Assembly (NCBI GenBank): GCA_965198235.1
Contig: OZ240248.1
Coordinates: 3,360,001-3,424,000, forward strand
Reading direction: 5' to 3'
From: Candidatus Poribacteria bacterium
GTDB lineage: Bacteria; Poribacteria; WGA-4E; WGA-3G
DNA length: 64,000 nucleotides
The translations under genes and the position numbers were made by a program. Positions 1 through 9,546 of this stretch are shown piece by piece (the first letter of the stretch is position 1; each line of letters opens with the position of its first letter). The notes beneath the pieces were generated by a model. It worked only from the letters and a program-made list of their open reading frames with translations, had not been told where the DNA came from and searched no databases.

Positions 1-1
1 G

Positions 2-502
2 AAAAAACACGGTAAGGGTGCTATAGCAATTGCAGCACGGATTAAAGGAGGTGTGTTATTCTACTGTAGTTTTGCGGACCTAGTGATCTTCGGTAATGAC
101 GATCCTCTCCTCGTATCATTTTTGAGTTGTATGAGGGGCGATTGGCACGATTTAGAATTTGCAGTCCTCTACTTTGAATCCTATCCGCTTTTAAGAGTGA
201 ACAAGTGGTCGCATCTAAAGTTAAGCGTTAAAGGGAAACACTTCATTTTTTCGTTAAATGGTAAGAAAATTGCGGAAACCGGAGATGATTTTGCTCTGAT
301 GCATAACGGTAAAAAAATTAAGACAAAGGCAGGTAAACTGACTCACTCTCTGACAGGCGGGGTCGGTATCGGTCTTACAAATTACACGGCACTCTTTGAT
401 AACATTACTGTCACCGGCGATGGCATTCCGAACAGCGGTGGATTCGCCGTAACGCCTAGCGGAAAACTCGCGACGGTGTGGGGACAGTTGAAGAAGTTTT
501 AG
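2..502 (+). CDS. C-terminal part of a putative secreted concanavalin-like/DUF1080-like beta-sandwich protein with C-terminal 'AVTPSGKLATVWGQLKK' motif; truncated by window start
   Basis: Frame 2 is open from base 2 (KKHGKGAIAIAARIKGG...) to TAG 502. 'KWSHLKLSVKG...GGVGIG...FDNITVTG' resembles a concanavalin-like fold. Confidence 0.6.
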   Translation, partial: KKHGKGAIAIAARIKGGVLFYCSFADLVIFGNDDPLLVSFLSCMRGDWHDLEFAVLYFESYPLLRVNKWSHLKLSVKGKHFIFSLNGKKIAETGDDFALMHNGKKIKTKAGKLTHSLTGGVGIGLTNYTALFDNITVTGDGIPNSGGFAVTPSGKLATVWGQLKKF

Positions 503-643
503 ACATAGGAATAAGAGGCTATCTTCTCCAATTTGATTTGGATTTATGTTGGCAGTCTTAATTTCAAAACTAAGGCTTTAGCAAACCAAACGAATTGGCT
601 CTGAGGAATTTGTAAATACTTTATATTTTTTTCTAAAAAAAAC

Positions 644-672
644 TTGACAATGTTTTTGAAATATGAGAAACT
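644..672 (+). promoter_or_regulatory. Putative sigma70 promoter of the nuo operon
   Basis: TTGACA 644-649, 17-bp spacer, TGa-GAAACT extended -10-like at 664-672. Confidence 0.45.
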
Positions 673-779
673 ATTAAGCATATTAGAAAAATGTGTTTGT
701 GAGTCGGCATTAACCTTTCACTTTGGCAAAGTTTGCGAGCCATTATTAAGATGTGTGAGGGCAAAATAGATTAGAAACA

Positions 780-1148
780 ATGTTAATAGATTATCTTCCA
801 ATCTTGTTGTTAGGACTCTTTGCAGTCCTCTTTGCGGGTATTAATCTCGCCCTAACCCATATTCTTGGACCCAAACGCCCAACCCGCGCTAAACTCTCCG
901 TTTACGAATCTGGTGTCCGCCCAGTCGGCGATGCGAGGCAACGGTTTACGATCCGGTTTGACCTCATCGCGATGCTCTTTATCATCTTCGATATTGAGGT
1001 GGTGTTCCTCTACCCGTGGGCAGTGGTCTTCAAGAAATTCTCTGAAACGAGTGGTTTATTTATTTTACTTGAAATGCTGGTGTTTATCGGTATTCTTCTT
1101 CTCGGCTATATCTATGCTTGGAAGAAAGGAGGCTTAACATGGGATTAG
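780..1148 (+). CDS. nuoA: NADH-quinone oxidoreductase subunit A
   Basis: 3 TM segments, YESG and [16 protein letters not shown] motifs, ends WKKGGLTWD. Confidence 0.96.
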   Translation: MLIDYLPILLLGLFAVLFAGINLALTHILGPKRPTRAKLSVYESGVRPVGDARQRFTIRFDLIAMLFIIFDIEVVFLYPWAVVFKKFSETSGLFILLEMLVFIGILLLGYIYAWKKGGLTWD

Positions 1149-1648
1149 ATTTTGTTGGACAGGGTGCCGAAGAGACGGATGGGAACATCATCACAACGAC
1201 TATTGATAAGGTCGTCAACTGGGGACGGAAAAATTCGTTGTGGCCCATGCCGTTCGGGACAGCGTGCTGCGCAATTGAGATGATGGCGACCTTGGCGGCC
1301 AAATTCGACCTCTCTCGATTCGGTTCTGAAGCCATCCGTTTTTCACCCCGCCAATCCGATCTGCTCATCGTTTCCGGTAGGATTTCCATCAAAATGATGC
1401 CGGTACTAAAACGTATCTATGACCAAATGCCGGATCCGAAGTGGGTGATTTCGATGGGGGCATGCGCTTCCTGCGGCGGCGTGTTTGATACCTATACCCT
1501 CATCCAAGGCGTTGATCAGTTCATCCCCGTAGATGTTTACATACCCGGATGCCCGCCGCGCCCCGAAGATCTCATTGATGCGGTGCTACAGGTGCAGCAG
1601 AAAATCACCAGTGGTGCCTCACCTAAAGGAGTAGAGGCAGTTGTATGA
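1139..1648 (+). CDS. nuoB: NADH-quinone oxidoreductase subunit B
   Basis: [35 protein letters not shown] 1139 follows AAAGGAGG. Confidence 0.96.
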   Translation: MGLDFVGQGAEETDGNIITTTIDKVVNWGRKNSLWPMPFGTACCAIEMMATLAAKFDLSRFGSEAIRFSPRQSDLLIVSGRISIKMMPVLKRIYDQMPDPKWVISMGACASCGGVFDTYTLIQGVDQFIPVDVYIPGCPPRPEDLIDAVLQVQQKITSGASPKGVEAVV

Positions 1649-2193
1649 ATGAAGAGAAAGAAGTTGAAGAACAGTCGAGACCTCTTGTCCTTGAAAAATT
1701 AGAGGAGCATCACGCAGATGCCCTATTGGCACAGGGCGAAACGCGTGGAACTGTCGTTGTTGTTGTCCGTAAAGACCAAGTTTACGCTGTTTTGGAGTAT
1801 CTGAAAACAGACCCTGAACTCGCCTATACCTTTCTCGTTGATGTTACTGCTGTCGACAATTCTCGAATGGAATCCGAATTGATGCAGTTTGATTATGCGA
1901 GGTTCATGGTTGTCTATCAGCTCTATTCCTATCAGGGACAGTGTCGCGTCCGAGTGAGGGTCCCTGTCCATGAAAATGACCTGAGTATTCCATCTGTTAC
2001 CGCATTGTGGAAAGGTGCGAACTGGTTAGAGCGTGAAACATACGACATGTTCGGAATTAATTTTGAGGGACACCCCGATCTTAGCCGGATCTTGATGCCG
2101 GACGATTTTGAAGGACACCCGCTCCGAAAGGATTATCCGCTCCGCGGACGTGGCGAACGCGAAACCTTTAATTTTGATAAACAGAATGCCTAA
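1645..2193 (+). CDS. nuoC: NADH-quinone oxidoreductase subunit C
   Basis: [26 protein letters not shown]...[10 protein letters not shown]. Confidence 0.96.
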   Translation: MNEEKEVEEQSRPLVLEKLEEHHADALLAQGETRGTVVVVVRKDQVYAVLEYLKTDPELAYTFLVDVTAVDNSRMESELMQFDYARFMVVYQLYSYQGQCRVRVRVPVHENDLSIPSVTALWKGANWLERETYDMFGINFEGHPDLSRILMPDDFEGHPLRKDYPLRGRGERETFNFDKQNA

Positions 2194-2198
2194 AACAA

Positions 2199-2320
2199 AA
2201 TAGCGATCAGCGATCAGCGATCAGCAGTCAGTAGAAGAGGTTATCGTTTAACGAAGGTCTCTTTGCTGATTGCTGAAAGGATTTTTTTCAAAAAATCCGA
2301 CCTGACTGCTGACTGCTCAT
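2199..2320. repeat. Palindromic heptamer-repeat element (CAGCGAT/CAGCAGT arms, inverted CTGACTG arm)
   Basis: AATAG(CGATCAG)3CAGTCAG...AAGAGGTTATCGTTTAACGAAGGTCTCTTT...CTGACTGCTGACTGC. Related copies at 14456-14555 and 51544-51684. Confidence 0.8.
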
Positions 2321-2336
2321 AAAAAAGGAGTATTCT

Positions 2337-3533
2337 ATGCAAGGTGGGCTGGAACGCGCCACAGGTGAGAGGATGGTTCTCAGCTTCGGTCCGCAACATC
2401 CGGCAACGCACGGCACCCTTCGCATTGTGTTAGAACTTGATGGCGAATCCGTTTTGAAGGCGATACCACATGCCGGCTACCTGCATACCGGGTTTGAGAA
2501 ACTTGGTGAACACTTGGATTACAACCAGTACATTGTTGTAACCGACCGGATGAACTATCTGTCGCCGTTGTCTAACAATTTCGGATATGTGCTTGCTGTT
2601 GAGCAGTTGCTCGACATTGAAGTCCCGAAACGGTGTCAATACATCCGTATTTTGATGGCGGAGCTCTCACGAGTCGCAGATCATCTATTATGGTTGGGAA
2701 CTGCTGCCCTGGACTTAGGGGCATTCTCTGTATTCCTCTATAGTTTCCGTGAACGTGAGAAATTGTATAGCATCTTTGAAAAGACGACTGGAGCACGGTT
2801 GACGACCAGTTACACGCGCGTTGGCGGTGTGCTTCGCGATCTCTATGCTGGGTGTGAAGAAGATGTCCGGCAATTCGTCAGCAACTTCCCAAAAGCGTTG
2901 AAAGAGACCCATACGCTGCTCACACGGAACCGTATCTGGATGGATCGGACAAAAGGTGTCGGACCCATTTCACCTGATGATGCCATCAGTTACGGGTTAA
3001 CAGGTCCCTGTCTCCGAGCCACCGGTGTAGCGCATGACATACGCAAAGTTGAACCGTATTCCAGTTACGATGAGGTCACATTTGATGTGCCAGTTGGAAC
3101 CAATGGCGATGCCTACGACCGCTATCTCGTCCGGATGGAAGAGATGATTCAGAGTTGTGGTATCGTTACCCAAGCCTTGGATAATATGCCTGATGGACCG
3201 GTCAACATTGAGGATAACAAGATTACGATGCCGAATAAGTCCGATGCTTATGGACATATTGAGGGCTTAATCCACCATTTTAAGGTTGTTATGGACGGAC
3301 ACGGCGTGGAGACTCCAAAGGGTGAGCATTATTGTGCAACCGAATCACCGAACGGGGAACTCGGATTTTATATTGTCAGTGATGGCAGCGGAACCGCTTA
3401 TCGTATCCGCATCCGTCCACCGAGTTTTTTTCACTTCCAAGCACTTCCACACATGTTAGAGGGCGGAATGGTTTCCGATACTGTGGCTGTCTTGGGAAGT
3501 CTGAATGTTATTGCCGGGGAGTTGGATCGTTAA
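2337..3533 (+). CDS. nuoD: NADH-quinone oxidoreductase subunit D
   Basis: FGPQHPATHGTLR, GYLHTGFEK, ESPNGELG, C-terminal GELDR. Confidence 0.96.
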   Translation: MQGGLERATGERMVLSFGPQHPATHGTLRIVLELDGESVLKAIPHAGYLHTGFEKLGEHLDYNQYIVVTDRMNYLSPLSNNFGYVLAVEQLLDIEVPKRCQYIRILMAELSRVADHLLWLGTAALDLGAFSVFLYSFREREKLYSIFEKTTGARLTTSYTRVGGVLRDLYAGCEEDVRQFVSNFPKALKETHTLLTRNRIWMDRTKGVGPISPDDAISYGLTGPCLRATGVAHDIRKVEPYSSYDEVTFDVPVGTNGDAYDRYLVRMEEMIQSCGIVTQALDNMPDGPVNIEDNKITMPNKSDAYGHIEGLIHHFKVVMDGHGVETPKGEHYCATESPNGELGFYIVSDGSGTAYRIRIRPPSFFHFQALPHMLEGGMVSDTVAVLGSLNVIAGELDR

Positions 3534-3565
3534 GCGGGTCATTGCACTCCTATTTGAGGGATTAA

Positions 3566-3907
3566 ATGGAGTTGGGCGGCATTATACTTTTTGTCAAGAA
3601 CATGAAATCTGTAATCGCGTTTTACAGAGATGTTGTCGGATTGTTTCCTGACAAAGATCAACCGTTCTCGGAACACCGTTTTTTTCGCTTTAACACAGGG
3701 GCTTGCAAGTTGTGCCTCCATAGCGCGAGCAAACCGAACGAGGGAAGGCAAAAAATTGTCTTTCATGTTGAAAGCGTCAGTGCCGTTCATCAGAAACTGA
3801 GGTCCAAAGGGTTGCGATTACGGAAACTTGAGAACGACGATGGGCTTGCCTGTTTCGGTATTTCCGACCCCGAAGGCAACCGTATTCAGTTTTGGGGCAA
3901 TTATTAG
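3566..3907 (+). CDS. VOC/glyoxalase family protein
   Basis: 'ILFVKNM...AFYRDVVG', 'IVFHVESV', 'DPEGNRIQF' match the VOC pattern. Confidence 0.8.
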   Translation: MELGGIILFVKNMKSVIAFYRDVVGLFPDKDQPFSEHRFFRFNTGACKLCLHSASKPNEGRQKIVFHVESVSAVHQKLRSKGLRLRKLENDDGLACFGISDPEGNRIQFWGNY

Positions 3908-3930
3908 GACACACTTTCAAGAAACAGAGA

Positions 3931-4031
3931 AATAGTTATCAGTGCCGTGGCATGCAAGACGCTTTGGCAGTCCACACGCCTTAACTGACTGTTCTCACTG
4001 CGAAACAAACTGATGGTTTCCGATAACTATT
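3931..4031. repeat. Palindromic intergenic element with AATAGTTATC/GATAACTATT terminal inverted repeat
   Basis: 10-bp perfect TIR; internal CTCACTGCGAA also seen inverted at about 9297-9307 and 58601-58614. Confidence 0.6.
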
Positions 4032-4045
4032 CCAAGGAAACACTT

Positions 4046-4570
4046 ATGTCAGATGAACTCATTCAAATTGAAACGTCTTTCGCGTTTAATGAAGAAAACC
4101 AACGTGAATTCGACGGGTTGATAGGGCGGTATCCAATTAAGGAAGCGGCGATGCTTCCGACGCTCCATCTCGCGCAAAGGCAGGCAGGCTACATTACCCC
4201 TGCCGTCATGAAGTATGTCGCAGAACAACTTGAGGTTTCTGTGATGAAGGTCAAGGATGTCGTTACTTTTTATCCGATGTTCTTTGAAGAGCCGGTAGGA
4301 GAGTACGTCATTCGGGTATGCCACACCCTTCCTTGTGCATTGCGAGACTGTCAGGACGTTTTGGACCACCTTAAGGCGAAGTTGGACACAGATGTCGCTT
4401 CCGAAACCAATCTCGCGAAAGGCACAACTGCTGATGGTAAGTTCACGCTCATGAAAGTGGAATGTCTCGCCTCGTGTGATGTTGCTCCTGTTATCATGGT
4501 GAATGACGATTTGTATAAGAATTTGACCCCGGAAAAGGTTGATGAACTTTTAGCGAAACTTGAAGCATAA
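4046..4570 (+). CDS. nuoE: NADH-quinone oxidoreductase subunit E
   Basis: [2Fe-2S] ligands VCHTLPC...ECLASC and TFYPMF. ATG 4046 follows AAGGA. Confidence 0.94.
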   Translation: MSDELIQIETSFAFNEENQREFDGLIGRYPIKEAAMLPTLHLAQRQAGYITPAVMKYVAEQLEVSVMKVKDVVTFYPMFFEEPVGEYVIRVCHTLPCALRDCQDVLDHLKAKLDTDVASETNLAKGTTADGKFTLMKVECLASCDVAPVIMVNDDLYKNLTPEKVDELLAKLEA

Positions 4571-4679
4571 GCAGATTCTGTTATTAGCACACAGTCGTTG
4601 ACTATCAACTCGTGCCTTTATATGATGCAGACCTCTAATTGATGACCAATTTGCTTTACATTTGTTGTCCAAATTCATC

Positions 4680-4721
4680 GAAAACCCGATTTTGACAACG
4701 GAAAAATCGGAGCGAAAACCC
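4680..4721. repeat. Short copy of the 'AAACCCGATTTT...AAAAATCGGAGCGAAAACCC' palindromic repeat
   Basis: Matches longer copies at 30552-30640 and 41399-41490. Confidence 0.75.
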
Positions 4722-4723
4722 GC

Positions 4724-6208
4724 ATGATTAAAAAAATTGAAGAAAGACGAATTCTCTACGAGCATCTGGATGTGCCTGATATTAACACGTTCGATGTCTT
4801 TCGGCAATACGACGGCTACACGCATTTTGAAAAGGCAATTGCGGAATATCAGCCAGAAGATATTGCTAAAATGGTGATGGATTCCGGGTTGAAGGGTAGA
4901 GGCGGTGCCGGATTTTCGACAGGCTTGAAATGGAGTTTCGTTCCAAGAGATATAAAACCGTGTTATCTCTGTTGCAACGCCGACGAAAGTGAGCCGGGGA
5001 CATTCAGTAACCGCTACGTTTTGGAAAAGAATCCACACCTATTGATTGAGGGTATCCTGATTTGCTGCTATGCAATGGGTATTGAGACCACTTATATCTA
5101 CATTCGCGGTGAATTCACACTTGGGAAAAAGATGTTGGATGCCGCTATCAAGGAAGCATACGAAAAAGGATACCTCGGTAAAGACATCCGTGGCACTGGA
5201 CTCAATATTGACATCTATTCGCACCCAGGAGCCGGTGCCTATATCTGTGGCGAGGAGACAGGACTCATTGAGTCGCTTGAGGGCAAACGCGGGCAACCTC
5301 GGAACAGACCCCCGTTCCCTGCTGTCGAAGGTGTGTTTGGAAAGCCAACGGTCGTACAGAATGTTGAGACATTGTGTAACCTGCCTTTCATCGTTGGGAA
5401 CGGTGTTGAATGGTACACCCAAATGGGACCGACGTATGCCGATACGCGATCTGATCCGCCGACACCCGATCCTAACACAGGCACGAAGCTTTATTGCATC
5501 AGTGGTGATGTTAACGAACCCGGTGTTTATGAACTTGATCTCGGCTTGACATGCGCAGAGCTTATTGAGGTCGCAGGTGGACTGCGCGGCGAAGAGGTGA
5601 AAGCGGTTATTCCTGGTGGTAGTTCCGCACCGATTTTAACGCACTATGAATTGGACACGCGGCTCGATTTTACCTCACTCACGCTCGCAAAATCGATGCT
5701 CGGTTCCGGCGGCATCATTGTCATGAACGAGACACGGAATATCGTCGATTGCCTGCTCAATATTATGAAGTTCTACGCGCATGAATCTTGTGGGCAGTGT
5801 ACGCCGTGCCGCTGGGGGACCCCATGGGTACGAGATATTGTCCAACGCATTGCCGACGGAAACGGACGAAAAAGTACTATGACACGCCCCAAATTCGGGG
5901 TCGCTGAAAATGGTAGATGGGGCGATACCGGTGAGACAGAAGATATTTACGAAGACTTAGATTTGCTGGAAAGTGTCGCCAACAACATTGCGAATGTGGA
6001 TACGATGACGTGGAATACGATTTGTGTCTTTGGCATCGCAGTTTCCTGGCCCGCCGTGAGTTATATGCGCAAGTTCCGTCCCGAATTTGAAGCCGCCATC
6101 CGAGAAGGTGAACTCGTCACTCTGCCTGTTGCCGAGGCAACGGTCCCACCGGAGGAAAATTACGCGTATCAACAGCGATTTGTTCCGAAAGAGTTCGCTG
6201 ACCTGTAG
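4724..6208 (+). CDS. nuoF: NADH-quinone oxidoreductase subunit F
   Basis: GRGGAGF.TGLKW, NADESEPGT, GAGAYICGEETGL.ESLEG, ESCGQCTPCR...TIC. Confidence 0.96.
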   Translation: MIKKIEERRILYEHLDVPDINTFDVFRQYDGYTHFEKAIAEYQPEDIAKMVMDSGLKGRGGAGFSTGLKWSFVPRDIKPCYLCCNADESEPGTFSNRYVLEKNPHLLIEGILICCYAMGIETTYIYIRGEFTLGKKMLDAAIKEAYEKGYLGKDIRGTGLNIDIYSHPGAGAYICGEETGLIESLEGKRGQPRNRPPFPAVEGVFGKPTVVQNVETLCNLPFIVGNGVEWYTQMGPTYADTRSDPPTPDPNTGTKLYCISGDVNEPGVYELDLGLTCAELIEVAGGLRGEEVKAVIPGGSSAPILTHYELDTRLDFTSLTLAKSMLGSGGIIVMNETRNIVDCLLNIMKFYAHESCGQCTPCRWGTPWVRDIVQRIADGNGRKSTMTRPKFGVAENGRWGDTGETEDIYEDLDLLESVANNIANVDTMTWNTICVFGIAVSWPAVSYMRKFRPEFEAAIREGELVTLPVAEATVPPEENYAYQQRFVPKEFADL

Positions 6209-6269
6209 GATCGACTTCTCGGTTGAATATACGGAACACTGAAGGCTGAAAGCCATTGGAGTAGAATTT

Positions 6270-7982
6270 ATGGCATTTGTTAAACTGGATGACCTTGAGA
6301 TAGAGGTTGAAGATGGAACGAATGTAGTCGAGGCAGCAAGGCAGCATGGCATTGAAGTGCCTCACTATTGTTATCACCCAGGGTTGAGCCGTCCAGCAAA
6401 TTGCAGGATGTGCCTCGTTGAACCTCACGTTTTCTTTCCACCCGCTGGTGCAATCGTCCCTGATCGACAACTCGCAACCGGGTGCACCACGGTGCTTAGA
6501 ACAGCACCGCCCAATAGGAAACTTGATGGGAAATACGACTTTATTGTCCGTACAGATAGCCCACGCGTGAAAAAGGCACGAGCGGATATACTTGAATTTC
6601 TCCTTGTACATCATCCCCTTGACTGTCCAGTCTGTGATCAGGCAGGCGAGTGCGACTTGCAAGACTACTCGCATCGACACGGATACGATCAGAGTCGCTA
6701 TCTTGAGGTCAAAAATGTCCCACCTAAGAAAGACTTAGGACCCGATGTGCTGCTCTACGCAACGCGCTGTGTTGTCTGCACCCGGTGTATTCGGTTTGCT
6801 GAAGAAGTTTCTGGAACAGGTGAGTTAGGCTTAGTTCACCGCGGCTCCTACGACGAAATTGATATTCCCCGAAGCCACGAAGGTGTCCCTTTGCAAGTAC
6901 TGGATAATAAATTGGCAGGAAATGTCGTTGATATTTGTCCCGTTGGGGCATTGATTAGTAAGGACTTCTTGTTCAAGTCTCGTCCGTGGTTTTTGGAGAA
7001 AGCGAACAGCGTCTGTTCAGGATGTAGTGTCGGTTGCAATATCACCGTAGAATATAAAGCCGATGGCGTGTACAGACTCAAGCCGCGCTTCCACGAGGAC
7101 ATTAACCAACATTGGATGTGTGACGATGGTCGCCTCGGTTACCACTATGTCAACAGCGATGATCGGCTCCAACTCCCGCTTAAACGGGTTGATGATGAAC
7201 TCACTCCAACGCATTGGGCAGATGCCTTAGCGGTAATTACAGAAAAATTGTCGGAAATAGAAACTGAAGGCATTGTTGTTATCGGCTCTGCGCAGGGAAC
7301 GAATGAAGACAACTACGTTTTACAGCAGTTCGCGCATGATGTGCTGAAAACAACCCAGTTGGGGCTCTTTGGGCAGCTGCTTGGTGAAGAACACAAATTC
7401 CCACAGTTTACAATTGAAGCCGACAAGAATCCAAACACGGCGGGTGCACGCACGATACTCGGTTCTGCGAATGGCAACATCGTTTTGGAAGGTGATGCGC
7501 TTTGGGAAAAGGTATCGGGTACAAAAGTCGTTTACCTCGTGAGTGGTGGACCGGAACGTCCTCTTGAAGATGCTGAAAAAGCGGCGTTGGAGAGTGTTGA
7601 TTTCCTTATCGTGCAAGACGTTTTGCCTTCAGAAGTAACGCAGTTAGCAGATGTGGTTCTACCGGGAACAACCTTTGCCGAGAAAGATGGCACCTTCACT
7701 AATTCAACAGGTTGGGTGCAACGGGTTCGTAAGACGATTGATCCGCCGGGTGAAGCGCGTGTAGATTGGGAAATTACGCAGCAGCTTGCCAAGCAGTTAG
7801 GCGGTGAGATGAACTATCATTTTGCTGGTGAGATTGCCCTTGCAATTGCAGAGAATGTTCTTGGGTATGGTGATGCAACGCATCAAAAAATTGGGGATAC
7901 GGGAATTAAGTTAGCAGGCAGCGCAGACTCGCCCACGCCTACTGATACAAAGCTTTTGAAGCGCGTGGGAGAGTCTGAGTAA
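6270..7982 (+). CDS. nuoG: NADH-quinone oxidoreductase subunit G (570 aa)
   Basis: PHYCYH...NCRMC, HPLDCPVCDQAGECDLQ, RCVVCTRCIRF, DICPVGAL, CSGCSVGC...CDDG. Confidence 0.93.
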   Translation: MAFVKLDDLEIEVEDGTNVVEAARQHGIEVPHYCYHPGLSRPANCRMCLVEPHVFFPPAGAIVPDRQLATGCTTVLRTAPPNRKLDGKYDFIVRTDSPRVKKARADILEFLLVHHPLDCPVCDQAGECDLQDYSHRHGYDQSRYLEVKNVPPKKDLGPDVLLYATRCVVCTRCIRFAEEVSGTGELGLVHRGSYDEIDIPRSHEGVPLQVLDNKLAGNVVDICPVGALISKDFLFKSRPWFLEKANSVCSGCSVGCNITVEYKADGVYRLKPRFHEDINQHWMCDDGRLGYHYVNSDDRLQLPLKRVDDELTPTHWADALAVITEKLSEIETEGIVVIGSAQGTNEDNYVLQQFAHDVLKTTQLGLFGQLLGEEHKFPQFTIEADKNPNTAGARTILGSANGNIVLEGDALWEKVSGTKVVYLVSGGPERPLEDAEKAALESVDFLIVQDVLPSEVTQLADVVLPGTTFAEKDGTFTNSTGWVQRVRKTIDPPGEARVDWEITQQLAKQLGGEMNYHFAGEIALAIAENVLGYGDATHQKIGDTGIKLAGSADSPTPTDTKLLKRVGESE

Positions 7983-8027
7983 AGAGGTTGTCTTGCTGAT
8001 TGCTGACCCTTGATGGCTGTTGAAAGA

Positions 8028-8146
8028 GATCGTAAGCGCAACCGGGGTCCCCGCCCGTTACTGGGAAGGGGCGGGCGCACTGGATAGACGGGGAGCAACG
8101 TTATTATTCCGACTCCCCTCACCGAACCGCAAGGAAAATTAAAAAT
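8028..8146 (+). repeat. 'ACCGAACCGCAAGG' family intergenic element ending at the nuoH start codon
   Basis: Aligns with 59505-59605 (minus strand); ends ACCGAACCGCAAGGAAAATTAAAAAT-ATG. Confidence 0.8.
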
Positions 8147-9334
8147 ATGGAAAATTTCCCTCTCGTTTTAATCATCAGTTCAATCGTCAAGATTCTCATC
8201 ATTGTCCATCTGCTGCTTATTGGTGTGATGATAATGATCTGGGCAGAACGACGGGTGAGCGGATGGATGCAGGATCGGTTGGGACCTAACCGGGTTGGAC
8301 CACAAGGACTGCTCCAACCTGTTGCAGATGGGCTTAAGTTCCTGTTTAAAGAGGATCTCATCCCGGATCACGTAGATAAGCCGCTTTATGTGCTTGCGCC
8401 AGCAATGCTGTTAGTCCCGGCACTTGTTACGGTTGCAGTCGTGCCATTTGGGAGTTCTATTACGGTATTTGGGCATGAAATACCGCTCCAGATTGCAGAT
8501 ATCAATATCGGTATTCTGTATGTTTTGGCGATAACATCCCTCGGAGTCTACGGGGTTGTGCTCGGCGCATGGGCATCCAATAACAAGTACTCACTTTTGG
8601 GTGGTTTACGTTCATCTGCGCAGATGATTAGTTACGAGCTAACACTCGGATTGGCAATCATCGGTGTGCTGATGCTAACGAGTTCTCTCAGCCTTCGTGA
8701 GATCGCAAAGGTACAAGGCGGATATCCGTGGCAGTGGAATTTCCTGATTCACTTCCCCGCATTTCTGGCGTTTACAACAGCAATGTTTGCAGAAACCAAC
8801 CGATTGCCCTTTGACCTCGCTGAAGCGGAGCAGGAACTTGTTGCAGGGTATCATACCGAATACAGTAGTATGAAGTTCGCGATGTTTTTCATGGCAGAAT
8901 ACATGAACATGATTGTCGGCTCTGCCGTAACAGTGACGCTCTTCTTAGGAGGATGGCATTTCTTCGGTTTAGAAAATGTCGGTGGTCCCGTCTGGAGTGG
9001 GCTTATCTCGTTCGGTATCTTTTTTGTCAAAACAGCAATTTTCCTGTTCGTGTTTATCTGGGTTCGATGGACATTTCCTCGGTTCCGTTATGACCAACTC
9101 ATGAACTTAGGTTGGAAATTCCTATTGCCTGTCGCCTTGACTTCAATCGTCGTGACCGGCACTCTATGGATAACGACCAGCTCTCGCCTGATCGTGGGTA
9201 TCGGCAATGTGGTTTCCGCGTTTATTGTTGTATCTATTGTGGCTGGACTCCTTGTGATGAAGACACCTAAGCCAGCAATCCAGGATAGCGATATGCTTCG
9301 CAGTGAGAACTCACACCAACCGTTTTTTAAATAA
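8147..9334 (+). CDS. nuoH: NADH-quinone oxidoreductase subunit H
   Basis: ERRVSGWMQDRLGPNRVGP.GLLQP.ADGLK, ETNRLPFDLAEAEQELVAGY, PRFRYDQLM. Confidence 0.96.
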   Translation: MENFPLVLIISSIVKILIIVHLLLIGVMIMIWAERRVSGWMQDRLGPNRVGPQGLLQPVADGLKFLFKEDLIPDHVDKPLYVLAPAMLLVPALVTVAVVPFGSSITVFGHEIPLQIADINIGILYVLAITSLGVYGVVLGAWASNNKYSLLGGLRSSAQMISYELTLGLAIIGVLMLTSSLSLREIAKVQGGYPWQWNFLIHFPAFLAFTTAMFAETNRLPFDLAEAEQELVAGYHTEYSSMKFAMFFMAEYMNMIVGSAVTVTLFLGGWHFFGLENVGGPVWSGLISFGIFFVKTAIFLFVFIWVRWTFPRFRYDQLMNLGWKFLLPVALTSIVVTGTLWITTSSRLIVGIGNVVSAFIVVSIVAGLLVMKTPKPAIQDSDMLRSENSHQPFFK

Positions 9335-9546
9335 TTGGACTCCTAGGCCGCCCTCCATTACATTTCGGGCAAGTTTCAGGTCAATTTCAACGGAGTTGGA
9401 GACAAGTAAGATTCTTAAACATTTCATAACCCAGGAGGAGTTAGAATTCACCGGAAACCACCGCGTAATGAAATTATGCCTTAAATGGCATAATTTGTCT
9501 TTGCTTTACATTTGGAGCGGTGCTCAGGTTGCTAATCGTTAAAAAA
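9324..9546. mobile_element. MITE-like element with imperfect terminal inverted repeats at the usual nuoI position
   Basis: Left TTTTTTAAATAATTGGACTCCTAGGCCGC vs right GCGGTGCTCAGGTTGCTAATCGTTAAAAAA. Right half closely matches 18776-18885; left half resembles 58555-58672. Confidence 0.6.

Noticed and set aside
2199-2320. Tandem heptamers as a possible CRISPR array
   Set aside because: Units are 7 bp with no unique spacers and no cas genes; they form an inverted-repeat element.
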